A stretch of DNA of 58,083 bases, the filler included, from Diploschistes diacapsis (Eukaryota): the NCBI GenBank assembly GCA_023645945.1. It is 7 parts of 7 records of this genome, joined end to end, with 100 filler letters (N's around TTAATTAATTAA, not from the genome) between each part and the next. Parts side by side here need not be neighbours in the genome. Positions count along the whole stretch, not along the records: positions 8,337 to 16,564 come from JALAIB010001181.1; positions 16,665 to 24,890 come from JALAIB010001182.1; 5 more parts are not named here. One strand, given 5' to 3'. Positions within the stretch are counted from its first letter, which is position 1. Each line of letters opens with the position of its first letter. A model generated the notes under the pieces. It saw only the letters and a program-made list of their open reading frames with translations. It was not told the origin of the DNA and did no database searches. Below are positions 11,486-22,032 of this stretch, in pieces. A program made the translations under genes and the position numbers.

Positions 11486-13557
11486 TCATGAAAAGTCTTC
11501 ATCGTAGCTCTCGTCGTTTTTCAGTTGCAGCGTACTACCAATGCTTTCCCGCGCCTCTTCCATCGGCTTCAACACCGGGCTCATTGCAACCCGCGGCCTA
11601 CTCTTGAAAATCGTCTCGTAGTCGGCGTCGAGTTCCGTCCCGTCGAACGCAGAAGCGCTGGTCGGCTCGGCTTCAGGAATATTTTTCATTGGGGTCTGGA
11701 ATTGGTTGGCCGGGTACGCACTCGAAAGTCGCGCTTTGGTCGTCCTTGCGTTTTCGGTTGGCTTCACGGAAAAGGCCATGGCAGACAGGGATTGCCTCGT
11801 CCTCTCTGCGAGGCTACGCAATGGTACGGGTGTTTGAGGACCCGAGTCCGCAGAATTGAAACGCGGCTGGCTCGGTCTGGCATACTCCAGCTCAGGTGAT
11901 TGAGCTACCGGTCTAGGTTGACTTATGCCGGCCATGGACATCCGCGTACGCTCTGCAAGAGATGGTAGGTATTTCACAGGTGATGGTTGTGCATTGAGCA
12001 CAGAAGCTACAATGTCATCCACTGCATGGCCGTTCCTTTCCCAGTTTGGGAGTTGCTGAGTCGCATTATAGTCGCTGCCCATACCACTATAGACATCTTC
12101 ATCCGAGGTTTTGAAAGAGACACATGTCGAGGTCTCGCGAACAGTATCCTCGAAATCATCTGCGTCTCCATGGACATCGTACCGACTAGATGGTCGGGAT
12201 GTTTGGCTGGGCGTTGTTATTCTTGCACTTGTATTCGCAACGGGTCGTCCAAAATTGTTTGCATGCCTTCTGAAACTCAGTGGGGTGTAGACAGCTTCAC
12301 TCTGCGAGCGATTATGGCCAGATCTGTGTCTAACGGCCTCTAGAGGGGGATCTTCTGCATTAGTTAAAGGCTGTGAGTTCATTCGCTTCCGGGAGGATCC
12401 GGCGGTAGGGGTAGCTGTAATAGCCGCAGCTTTGGGACCAAAACCATAACGCTGAACTTTAGCAGGAGGCACGTTTTCTATCATCTCATGTTGGGGCATG
12501 GGTTGGGTTGTATGCGCCTTGTTCAGCAAGTCTTCACGAATCGCCCTCAACTGCTCGAGTCTCGTTCGTTGGTTCTGCACTTGATGTTCGAGGCTCTGAA
12601 GCAAGCTATTATTCTTTTCCGGTCTAATAGCATACAAAGTATCGTTGCAAGCATGATTCCACACATCAATGAAAGGCCTCTGCAAAAGCGCTTTCTGAGG
12701 CCGGTGCTGATCGCTGCGCAAAATGAGATCGACCCACTCGGGGTCACCTTTCCAGTTTTCCATCAGGTGCTTCCTCAAACGATCCAAAGTTCTCTTGGGG
12801 ATTCTCTTTCGGGAAATTTCAGGGAAATTCAATTCTGTCCCTGCTGTTCTTCGATCCAATTCTTGCTCTTTCGAAAGAAGTAGCCTACCGAACTTGTGCC
12901 ACCGACGGTCTAGGGTCTCCCTATCCCGTATTTTGAAGGAGAAGGACGCTTTATATGCCAGCAGCAGAGAGGCCGAAAATTCTTGGTCAAACGTAGGTCT
13001 GACCAGTAATTTCTTTGCCATAGAGCAATCTTTGCCATCGTTTTCAATGGCTTTTAGAAGGACGGCCGTAGAGAAGATTGCAAGAAGCTCTTCAAACTTT
13101 GGTCCGTTGCAGTCGTCAAACATAGTCTTACGAACAGATATCTCTTTCCCAAAGAAGCCATCATGCTTAAGCTCGTTGAGACGCTTGCCGAGAGCAGCGC
13201 GCAACAAGCTAGATTGCTTAGGCTCCAAGGGAGGAAAGTAGAGACTTAGATTCTGCATGCCCATCAATAAAGGTTGTCATGAGAAAGAAGTGACATCACG
13301 ATGGGGTGTCTCACAGTCTTTGTTTCTTTTGGCTCTAAAAGCTCGAATAGTTTGTAAAGAATCCAAGCAGCTGCATAGCATCGTTTGTTCAGGTTCTGAT
13401 TCAGATTGCGGACGGTGTCGCTGCCAGAGAAGGTCGTTGGAGTGATTTGTGGCCAATCAAACTCCTCGTCAAAGTCCAACAGTCGTAGATTTTTGACTAA
13501 GAGGTTCCCAGGCTGACCTGTCTGCGCTGTTTTTGACGATATAGCCGGTTTGCTCAT
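11486..13557 (-). CDS. HAUS augmin-like complex subunit 6 N-terminal domain protein
   Basis: Exons 13557-13315 and 13252-11486. NLRLLDFD..DWP, LYKLF..FPPLEP..S.LLRAAL, RKTMFDDCNG.KFEELLA motifs, and a disordered C-terminus ending IFKSRPRVAMSP. Confidence 0.8.
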
Positions 13558-14016
13558 GGCGGTTCATACCCGTGTTTGTCTAGCAACCGGTACTCATTGT
13601 CATGAGCCAATCAAGGACGAAAGAAATTTGAGCTTCGGCAATCATAAGAATTTGCTATGAGCCCATGAGCAGGTTGATAAATACCATTCAGCTCCTCGCA
13701 ATGAAAGTACCCCTATCGTTCGTTGTGTCCAAGATCAACACCAAGCGAACCCTGAAAGTAAACAAGAGCCCCCGCCTAGCGTTATCTACCCGATAAGGAG
13801 TTGGCCCGAGACAACCCGCCCGGAGACCATTACGCTGGAATCCCCACCATCTTGGTTGCAATGTTTACCATTCGATCGCTTCACCGATATCCTAATATCT
13901 GCTTTCCTCTGCATGTTTCCACCATTATCCCATGTACTCCACTTAGCCTACATACCCCTAGATGTAGCTTTATGCTGCGGAACTTCGGCTCCAGCAGCAA
14001 ACCGGGAACGACAGCA

Positions 14017-14879
14017 ATGACGGAGCCAGTATCTGGGTCGAAGGCTGGATTGGCTAGCGGCACGAGCACACAGGAGCAGAATGGATCACTGACATCGTCG
14101 AACGAGTCCAAAGTTTCGGTTGTGCCTCGGGATTGGTCTCTGGAGAAAGGTTCACAAGTTTGTTGTCTGGGATTAGGTCTATTTTGCTAACAGAGCTTTC
14201 AGCACTCAAGGATTTCTCCATAAAAGATCCTGCCAAGCCACCCGAATCCCCTGTGGCATTCTTCCACGTGCTGTCGCGTCTCAAGACTACGAAGCGTGAA
14301 GGCTGGCGACGGTTCGGCATCACGGATGGCGAATCGATTTCCGACCACATGTACCGAATGTCGATCATTACCATGTTTGCTCCGCCGTCACTCAAAGATA
14401 GAGGCATCAACATAGCGCGGTGCACGCAGATGGCAGTGGTGCATGACATGGCCGAGTCCATAGTCGGAGACATTACTCCAAAGGACAAGGTCGCAAAGGA
14501 AGAGAAGAGTAGGCGCGAAGAATCGAGCATGACATTTCTAACCACCAAGCTGTTAGGTTCTGGCACGAATGAGATCAACGGAGCAGGGAAGGAGATCATG
14601 GACCTGTGGTTGGAGTACGAGAACAGCGAAACGCTCGAATCTCAGTTCGTCCACGATGTCGACAAGCTCGAACTGCTGTTGCAGATGGTGGAATACGAGC
14701 GCAAGTACAACAGACAGAAAGACTTGGGAGAGTTTGCCTACGTGGCCGACCGGATCCAGCTTCCAGAAGTGCGGGCTTGGGGCGCCGAAATCATGGAGGA
14801 GAGGAAGAAATTCTGGGGTGCTGAGGCCTTTGACCATCTCAAGGGACACGAGCAAGCTACTCGGCTTCTGAATGGGTAG
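14017..14879 (+). CDS. HD-domain 5'-deoxynucleotidase (HDDC2/Ygk1-like)
   Basis: Intron 14150-14202 gives DWSLEKALK. Motifs LKTTKREGW, ESISDHMYRM, VHDMAESIVGDITP, DVDKLE. In-frame upstream ATGs at 13861 and 13972 are alternative starts. Confidence 0.88.
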
Positions 14880-15297
14880 GAGTGGACGGATTGAGCACTT
14901 GGCTTTTAGCATGGCGTACACAGGAAGACTCGGAGTTTGCTTGGAGGTTTCAGCACCAAATCCGTAGACATGGCAATGATACCCTACACAGCTAGAATTT
15001 GGAACAGCATACCTAGATATGTGGGCATACAACGGTGATGACTGTTCCATAGTTACCACTGATAGTGTTAGACTTCCGGAGTCAGTCCGAAGCCCTCACT
15101 CCCAGTATCTCGCCATTAGCCCAACGGAAACCTGTATTGACATTACTGTGTTAAGCTCCTTCTCGAAGCTCCCATCTTGGCAGTCTTTTGCTCTTCCGTC
15201 ATCGTTATTGCCGCAAAACGTGCTCGAGACTGGACGCCGATTGGCCCACTCCCGCAGAAAGACCCGCAAAAAGAACGATGAAAAGCTGCGAGACCTA

Positions 15298-16564
15298 CAG
15301 TACTAGTCCAAAAGTAATGGTCCCTCGGTTAAATCGGTGCAAATAAACAATAAATATCTACTATTATTTCTACAATAATGTTATCATATCGTCGTTTGAA
15401 GCTCTAGGAGCGCTCTGAGCTTATAGGCGCATATAAATCAAATATTATCCTGAAAAATACAGCCAATAGACTAAATATTCCTTATTCTACAACCAAAAAG
15501 ACAATAACAAAGGTTTTAGAGCGTGATAAAGACCAAGATAATCTAAAACGCTCCGGAAGACCTCGAACAACGTCCGAAAATCAAAAAAATAGGCTTTATC
15601 GAACGGCCAGACGCCATCCAAAATCTAAATAATCTAAATTATTCGATATCTCGTCTATCAGTAAAAATACAGTGCGCCGAAAATTCCGCGATATCGACCT
15701 CTTTTTTAAAAAATATAGGATACGATGGAAGCCACATTTAGAACCTAAAGATGCGGAAAAACGCCTGAGATATTCTCGAATACACCGAACTTGACGCGCC
15801 GAGAATTTTGCTAATATTTAGTTCACCGACGAATACTCCATAACAATAAGAAGTAATAAAATACGAAAATAGGTATAGAGACATATAAGAGAACAATAAC
15901 TTCCCGATCATTTAACAAAAACGATTAAAAACAAAAAAAGCATCATACTTTAGGCTAATATAAAAGCCGATAAACGCGTCGTATAATATTTTTTCGAAAA
16001 TTATTACACAAATAGACGAAATATTACCGCCGAGGTTTATTATGTTTTACTAAGGGATATTTTGCCCTAAATCTACGAACCTGGGCAAGGTTTTTTGCAA
16101 GATAATATTTTTATACACACTACAAACGCTACTAAAACGTTTTTAGAAAATTTCGACGTCTAGGTTCTCGATCATCCATTATATAATCCAGATTTGAACG
16201 TTATAGAGCATCTTTAGCCTAAATTAAAAAAAAAGGTATTTCGGCTTCATCCAAAGCTTAAAACAATACGTAGAAACAAGAACAATAAGAAATAGGCTTT
16301 AAAAGCTGCTATTATCGAGACATTTAATCAAATTACGACAGATAGGAAATAGGATTTGCTTGCTCGATTAATCTACTCGATACCTACGCGAATTCAGGCT
16401 GTATACGACGCGCAGGGGTAGCAAACAAAGTATTAATAGATACTACGAATAAAAGGCATCAAAATGATCTAAAAAGCGCATTTGTAGGACATTATTTGGG
16501 TGCGCATCGCATCTCCAAAGTTGGTGATGTCTACTATAATTTAGGTAGGGACCATTACTTTTGG
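15298..16564 (+). mobile_element. Tc1/mariner (DD34E) DNA transposon, RIP-like degenerated, right end cut by contig edge
   Basis: TA|CAGTACTAGTCCAAAAGTAATGGTCCCT left TIR. Perfect 18-bp inverted copy at 16547-16564. Relic motifs RSGRPR (15549), FTDE (D 15828), LQDN (D 16101), PDLNVIEHL* (E 16206, 34 residues after D2). Many stop codons. Confidence 0.9.
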
Positions 16565-16664
16565 NNNNNNNNNNNNNNNNNNNNNNNNNNNNNNNNNNNN
16601 NNNNNNNNTTAATTAATTAANNNNNNNNNNNNNNNNNNNNNNNNNNNNNNNNNNNNNNNNNNNN
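16565..16664. other. Artificial contig spacer
   Basis: N44-TTAATTAATTAA-N44. Confidence 0.98.
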
Positions 16665-16871
16665 AGCGCTATCCCACTGAGCCAAAAGACTAACACAATG
16701 CTTTCAGGAACCCCGAAGCACTGTTTCCCTATTACACTATATGTAGGTGCGTGGCTGTGGCAGCAGGGGGACCTGAACCCCAGGGCGCACCTTTGGGCGT
16801 TACAAAAACTTAGTGCCACTGCCTTTATTTGCGGCCGATGTTCGTTCTCATAAGATCCTGTTCCAAAAAAT

Positions 16872-19025
16872 ATGGACGACGAGTCTCCTGTTCATCTTCA
16901 AGGCTTTGGGGAGTTCTTTCAGCACTTAAATAGTGCTGCTAAGGCAGTTTTACCTAGACGGTCGAGGAGATATGCTAAAGTTATTGCCCTGCTCCTCCGA
17001 TGGGAAGATGATGACCTGGGTACTCAACAGGAGCTCGATGATCTTGGGGACGTCTTCAGAGGCATATACAACTATCAGACCGAACAATACTTGATACCCT
17101 CGCTTGGTTCGACGAACCAACTAGAGTACAAACTTACCGATTTTCGAAGAGCATACGACAGCGAGGCCAATCTTTTGATCCTCTACTATGGAGGCCACGG
17201 CGGTCTTGAGCGGCAGCCAAATCGCCCTAGCAGGAGCATCTGGACCGCCAAAAGTCAGGGCGGTTCATCTTTGATCTGGTCTGATTTACAGGGCATTCTA
17301 GAGCGGGCGAATTCCGATGTGGTCTTCATCTTGGATTGTTGCTTTGCTGCTACCGCTTCAAGAGGTGCAGGAGCGAAAGAGGGTTTATGGGCTTCTAATT
17401 CAGAATCGACGACTACGGGCGTCAATAACAACTCCTTCACACGCAATCTCATTGCGGAACTCACGTCTCTTCATACAACGCGATTCAATATCGCTATCCT
17501 CCATTCGCGGCTTATGGCGAGATATCGTCGACCAGGAAATCACCAACTGCTCACGGAGCCTTGGTATTCGTACCTTGGTAATGAACTGGTGCCATCGGTG
17601 GAGCTTACTCCACAACCTGCTTCAGACAACAGCAGCGTGAACATCGAAATGCCTAATGTAGGCTCGGAGGACTACCCACAGCCACCAGCATCGTCTACTT
17701 CGGATCACACATCGATTACCATTGACGAGCCCACAACAGAAACGCTTGTGTTATTAGCAGTCCGACTTAAGAGCCCAAATGAAGTTCCTCGGCTTGTATC
17801 GTGGCAAGACTGGTGCCATATCCTCGCGCCTGATGATATTGAGTCAGTCCATGCTCTTGGACGTCTGCAATCAAGTGATTTGGTAAGGCTGGAGGGTTAC
17901 TTCATGAGTCATTCGAAGCTCATTCTGGTATCAATGCCCATTTTCCTGTGGGACAGACTCCCTCCAAGCCCTGCATATTCCTTTATCAGTTTTATCAAAT
18001 CCCCAAATCTTTATGTATCTGATCCAAGTCGTCGTTTAGAGCAATATTTTAATATCGTTCGCAGCCGTGTGGACCTCAAAGGGGCTGATCTTTCAAGACT
18101 TGACACTTTTGAATCTGACCAACTTGAATCTGACCAACAGCCTTATGAGGAGCTCCTCCATAGCCCTGCGATTACTAAATGGAGTCCTGCATCCAATTTA
18201 TGGAATGATGGTCGCTTGGTAGAAGCCGCCGACACTGAGGAGAAGGTGCTGGGGCATGGTTCGCTTCACGAAGGACACCTGAACTTTTTAGGCAGCATTG
18301 ATTATGGCTCCATTATTTTGAGGAACCACATGCTATCGGAGGCTGCAATGTTACTAGAGCAGCAAAACCTACACCAGACGACTAACCTCCTTGGTAGAAC
18401 TGCAGACTCGTGGTCTAACACAAGCGATTTAGCTTCATTATATTGGGCGGGGCGCCACTATCAGGCGGCAGAACAACTCACAAATCATAGTATCCAAGTT
18501 AGAAAGCGTCAATTTGGAGATAATGATCGTCTTTCACTAGACCTTGAGGCTAATCTAGTGCCAATATTATGGAAGCAAGGACGTTGGAAGGAGGCGATAA
18601 AGGAGGGAGAGACGATTGTTTTCAAAGCCAAAGGCCTTTTAGGCAATGGACATCCTTCTACGCTTGCTAGTATGGCTCTACTGGCTGCTATTTACCGAGC
18701 CTCTGGTTTATTGTCAGAAGCAGGAGCTGTGCTGCAGGAGCTAGTGTGGATGAGGGAGGGATTACTGGGCATGGAACATCCGGACACATTCAAAAGCATG
18801 ATACTGCTCAGGTCAGTAATCAGTGATGAGGCTCTGAAAGTCACAGAAGCCCAAGCACCTGCTTCAGAGCCCAAGGACCGCTCAATAAATCTTAGATTCC
18901 AGACACCACTTTTACAAACGGTAGCAGAGGAAGACAATAAGGTTCCCAGGCTGATACCCGAACAAGGGGCAGATATCAATCCAAAGAATGATATGGAGCA
19001 GGTTAAGAGGAAAAACGGCGGTTGA
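16872..19025 (+). CDS. Caspase-like (clan CD) protease domain protein with C-terminal TPR repeats
   Basis: 717-aa uninterrupted ORF. LLILYYGGHG and VFILDCCFAA His/Cys dyad motifs. Kinesin-light-chain-type TPRs (LGNGHPSTLASMALLAAIY, LGMEHPDTFKSM). Confidence 0.8.
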   Translation: MDDESPVHLQGFGEFFQHLNSAAKAVLPRRSRRYAKVIALLLRWEDDDLGTQQELDDLGDVFRGIYNYQTEQYLIPSLGSTNQLEYKLTDFRRAYDSEANLLILYYGGHGGLERQPNRPSRSIWTAKSQGGSSLIWSDLQGILERANSDVVFILDCCFAATASRGAGAKEGLWASNSESTTTGVNNNSFTRNLIAELTSLHTTRFNIAILHSRLMARYRRPGNHQLLTEPWYSYLGNELVPSVELTPQPASDNSSVNIEMPNVGSEDYPQPPASSTSDHTSITIDEPTTETLVLLAVRLKSPNEVPRLVSWQDWCHILAPDDIESVHALGRLQSSDLVRLEGYFMSHSKLILVSMPIFLWDRLPPSPAYSFISFIKSPNLYVSDPSRRLEQYFNIVRSRVDLKGADLSRLDTFESDQLESDQQPYEELLHSPAITKWSPASNLWNDGRLVEAADTEEKVLGHGSLHEGHLNFLGSIDYGSIILRNHMLSEAAMLLEQQNLHQTTNLLGRTADSWSNTSDLASLYWAGRHYQAAEQLTNHSIQVRKRQFGDNDRLSLDLEANLVPILWKQGRWKEAIKEGETIVFKAKGLLGNGHPSTLASMALLAAIYRASGLLSEAGAVLQELVWMREGLLGMEHPDTFKSMILLRSVISDEALKVTEAQAPASEPKDRSINLRFQTPLLQTVAEEDNKVPRLIPEQGADINPKNDMEQVKRKNGG

Positions 19026-19895
19026 AGCAGTACCTCTCTATCATCGCTCATCCAATAGATTGTACCCTGATTCTTTTTGAACACTATGCCTACTATAGTA
19101 AACGAGGTGGATATCCACTCGCTAGAACGAATAAACCAATTAGCACTCAGTTTGGACCGTAGTTTTTGTGCTTCCTGATTTCTCAGTAGAACTGAGATCA
19201 AAACCTTCTTACCTGCGGGCTATATGGACTATGGTTTTGCAAGGTGGTGTACATTTCAAATCCTCATTACAACCTTCAGCGCGGTATAACTGCTAAGAAC
19301 TTTGCTTTACCGAATGCTTCTATTGGCCCCGTTCAAGAGTCAAGCCAATGATGACGCAGCTTGCAAATGCCTAGAGGTAAAGAATGGGAACGCGATGAAG
19401 GCTGTAAAGAAGCTGTCCGAGAGTAGGCAACAGTGACCTGTAGGTATTAAGGCCGACTGGTTATGGTCGCGATCAAGCACGTTCTGGAGATAAGAGTCTG
19501 GTGTGCGGGCGCGGGGAGCGAACGAAATCCGTAATGAGGTTAACTCCGTCTATATGGAAGGCACATCAAGTATTAACAGATTAGGGGGGCCATCGGAGGT
19601 CTATTACACGGGCGAGAGCGAGGGTCTATGAGGTCTAAACTACTGTTATGGGGGCCTGAATAGCTTCAACATTCACGAATTTACGACTATTGTTTTACTG
19701 GTCCGTGACGTACGCTATTGCTACTAGCGCCAGTCCAACAATTAATATGCCTCCTACTATGTCGAAGTCCGGCGCCTCGAAGTGTATAAGTACCTTCTCC
19801 AATCCTGGTGAGCTCTCAGCGAAACTCCCAACGATCTAGTGGAGTCGGCATATTGTGAGATTTTTGAACAAGCTACACCTCCTTTTTTTTAGCAA

Positions 19896-20801
19896 TTGGA
19901 AAGGAGAGCCTGTTGTCTAAAGATCATCAATTCTAAAAAAAAACTTTCTTCAAAAAAGGACACTCTACTAACTTACACACAACCTTCTACCATATCCCGT
20001 TGTTTTCAACGCGATAAAGACTGCTGGGCTATTGTGACGGGCGCCAGCGACGGCATTGGTCTAGGCTTCGCCAAAGATCTAGCCCACCGAGGCTTCAACA
20101 TCATTCTCCATGGCCGCAACAAGCAGAAGCTGGAAGGTGTCGCTGAACAGCTGGCCGAAGCGTATCCAAAAATGCAGACGCGGATCTATATTGCAAATGC
20201 ATCGTCGCTCGAGGGAGATGGATACTTTAGGGATCTTCTAGACCCTATCAAAGACCTATACGTAACGGTTCTTGTCAACAACGTGGGCGGAATTCCGAGT
20301 CCGGTGAAGACTTTCGCATATCTGCAAGACACCACACCCGAGAAGATTGATGCGATTTTCAACCTGAATGCTGGCTTCACCACGAAGATCACGAGGGCGG
20401 TTATACCTACACTTATCAAGAACGAACCCAGCGCCATACTCAACCTTGGATCGGCCGCATCCCTAGGCCTGCCGATGCTTTCGATCTACGGCAGCGCAAA
20501 GGCTTATCTCATGACTCTTTCGGAATGTTTGCAGAACGAGTTCATCAAGCAAGGCAAGGATGTCACGGTACACGGACTCATGGTCGGGTCTGTGGCTACC
20601 AACCTCAACGGTCTCCCGCCCTCTTTCTTCACTCCAACGTCAGAGGTTATGGCGAAGTCAACACTGCGGAGAGCGGGGAAAGCTCCGGTGGTGATGTCGG
20701 GATTTTGGCGCCATGGTTTACAGGCAATAGCGTTGACAATTTGGCCTCAGTGGATACGGCAGCGCCTGTCGATCACTATTTTGAAGCAACTAGAGGGATG
20801 A
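19896..20801 (+). CDS. Short-chain dehydrogenase/reductase (17beta-HSD/ketoacyl-CoA reductase-like); 5' end unresolved
   Basis: WAIVTGASDGIG, LVNNVG, catalytic YGSAK. No in-frame ATG before the Rossmann motif (the ORF track starts at TTG). Confidence 0.8.
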   Translation: MERRACCLKIINSKKKLSSKKDTLLTYTQPSTISRCFQRDKDCWAIVTGASDGIGLGFAKDLAHRGFNIILHGRNKQKLEGVAEQLAEAYPKMQTRIYIANASSLEGDGYFRDLLDPIKDLYVTVLVNNVGGIPSPVKTFAYLQDTTPEKIDAIFNLNAGFTTKITRAVIPTLIKNEPSAILNLGSAASLGLPMLSIYGSAKAYLMTLSECLQNEFIKQGKDVTVHGLMVGSVATNLNGLPPSFFTPTSEVMAKSTLRRAGKAPVVMSGFWRHGLQAIALTIWPQWIRQRLSITILKQLEG

Positions 20802-21373
20802 ATGCAAAAGGGTAAATAGGTGTTTTCTTGAGGGTGACTTTGTTGTGCAGAGCCGTCACACTTGGTTTGAGCGGAGCATGAACAAGATTGTCACGCACCT
20901 GCAGCGTGTCGTTCCTGGCCCAATACTCGAAAGGCCGCTTCTTTGAAGATCCAAGCGCGGTGGAGGTTCTATCGCGACTTGTGTATGGTGGTAGAAGAAG
21001 CACAAGCTGGTCGAGGCCCGTGCAGTTATGTACGCATTGTTCCATCTTGCATTCCGTCAGCAATATGAGATGGTGTCGATGCTTGCTTGTATCAAAGGAT
21101 GCTTCCATCTCAAAGCCTACGATTGGTGAGAAGTTCCAATCTGGCCTCTCGTCATCTGTTGACGGAACCCCATAATGACATCCATGCATATATGAGACAC
21201 CTCGAAAGGATGAAGCACGCGGTGAAGGCCTCGTGCCCTCTAGTGCACCAAGCTTGGTAATCGATGAGTCGACGCACGTGGCAAGGGATCACTTCCTTCA
21301 AGGCTAGGTCACGGCCCATGTTTGGACGATTAACGGTTAATGTGAGTTAATCATTAATCGATTAAATTATACA

Positions 21374-21536
21374 ATTAACCGGCGATTAGTCGGACCGATT
21401 ATTTATTTTAATATTTATGCAGTATTTATGCAGTTTTATGCAGCTGTTATGCAGTTGTTATGCAGTTTTTTTCCTTTCCATTATTTACGCGATCATTGAT
21501 AAATAAAGTATTCGGCCCGATTAATCGGTGATTAAT
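21374..21536. repeat. Imperfect ~36-bp inverted repeats flanking five TTATGCAG-core tandem units (MITE-like relic)
   Basis: 21374-21409 matches the reverse complement of 21501-21536 at about three quarters of positions. 10-11-bp units at about 21412-21465. Confidence 0.6.
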
Positions 21537-22032
21537 CGGCCAAGGTGACGGGAGTAACTAACTAATGGCAGAAGTTGTTGTGTTTGTGTGTCAGAACTTC
21601 AAGTTGGAAGCATTATGCGAGCTAGATCTACCCCGGACTAGCGCCTGAAGTTGAAGCTTGGCACTGGCCTTGCCATCGATAACGCGCTTGGGCTGCAACG
21701 TCAATGCTAGACAGCTTCAGAAAAGCGACTGGTTTCTTCCGTGGGCTCGAAGCAGATGCGACTAATCCATCTGCTACAATACCATCCGGCCAATCCAATG
21801 TTCCTGCACCTCCTGCGAAGAACGGACAGATGCTTCACTCAAGGAACCTTCCTCCGTGCGCATTGATCTTCAGGAGCTGCGCCTCTTCTATACACATCGT
21901 AGCAATGCAAGTTAAGTCCTCTCAAATATGGTTTTATGACTCGTCTTTTTAATTCTCCCTACTTGGTGTGCCTTCTTGAAGGAATGTTTTCTGTTTTCCT
22001 GCGCAGAATATCCATCTCTTTGCCTTAGCTTC

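Noticed and set aside
15298..19025. Transposon-borne caspase-TPR gene
   Set aside because: The two lie on different contigs separated by an artificial spacer
20776..21189. 137-aa minus-strand ORF after the SDR
   Set aside because: No motif or clear splice structure to support it
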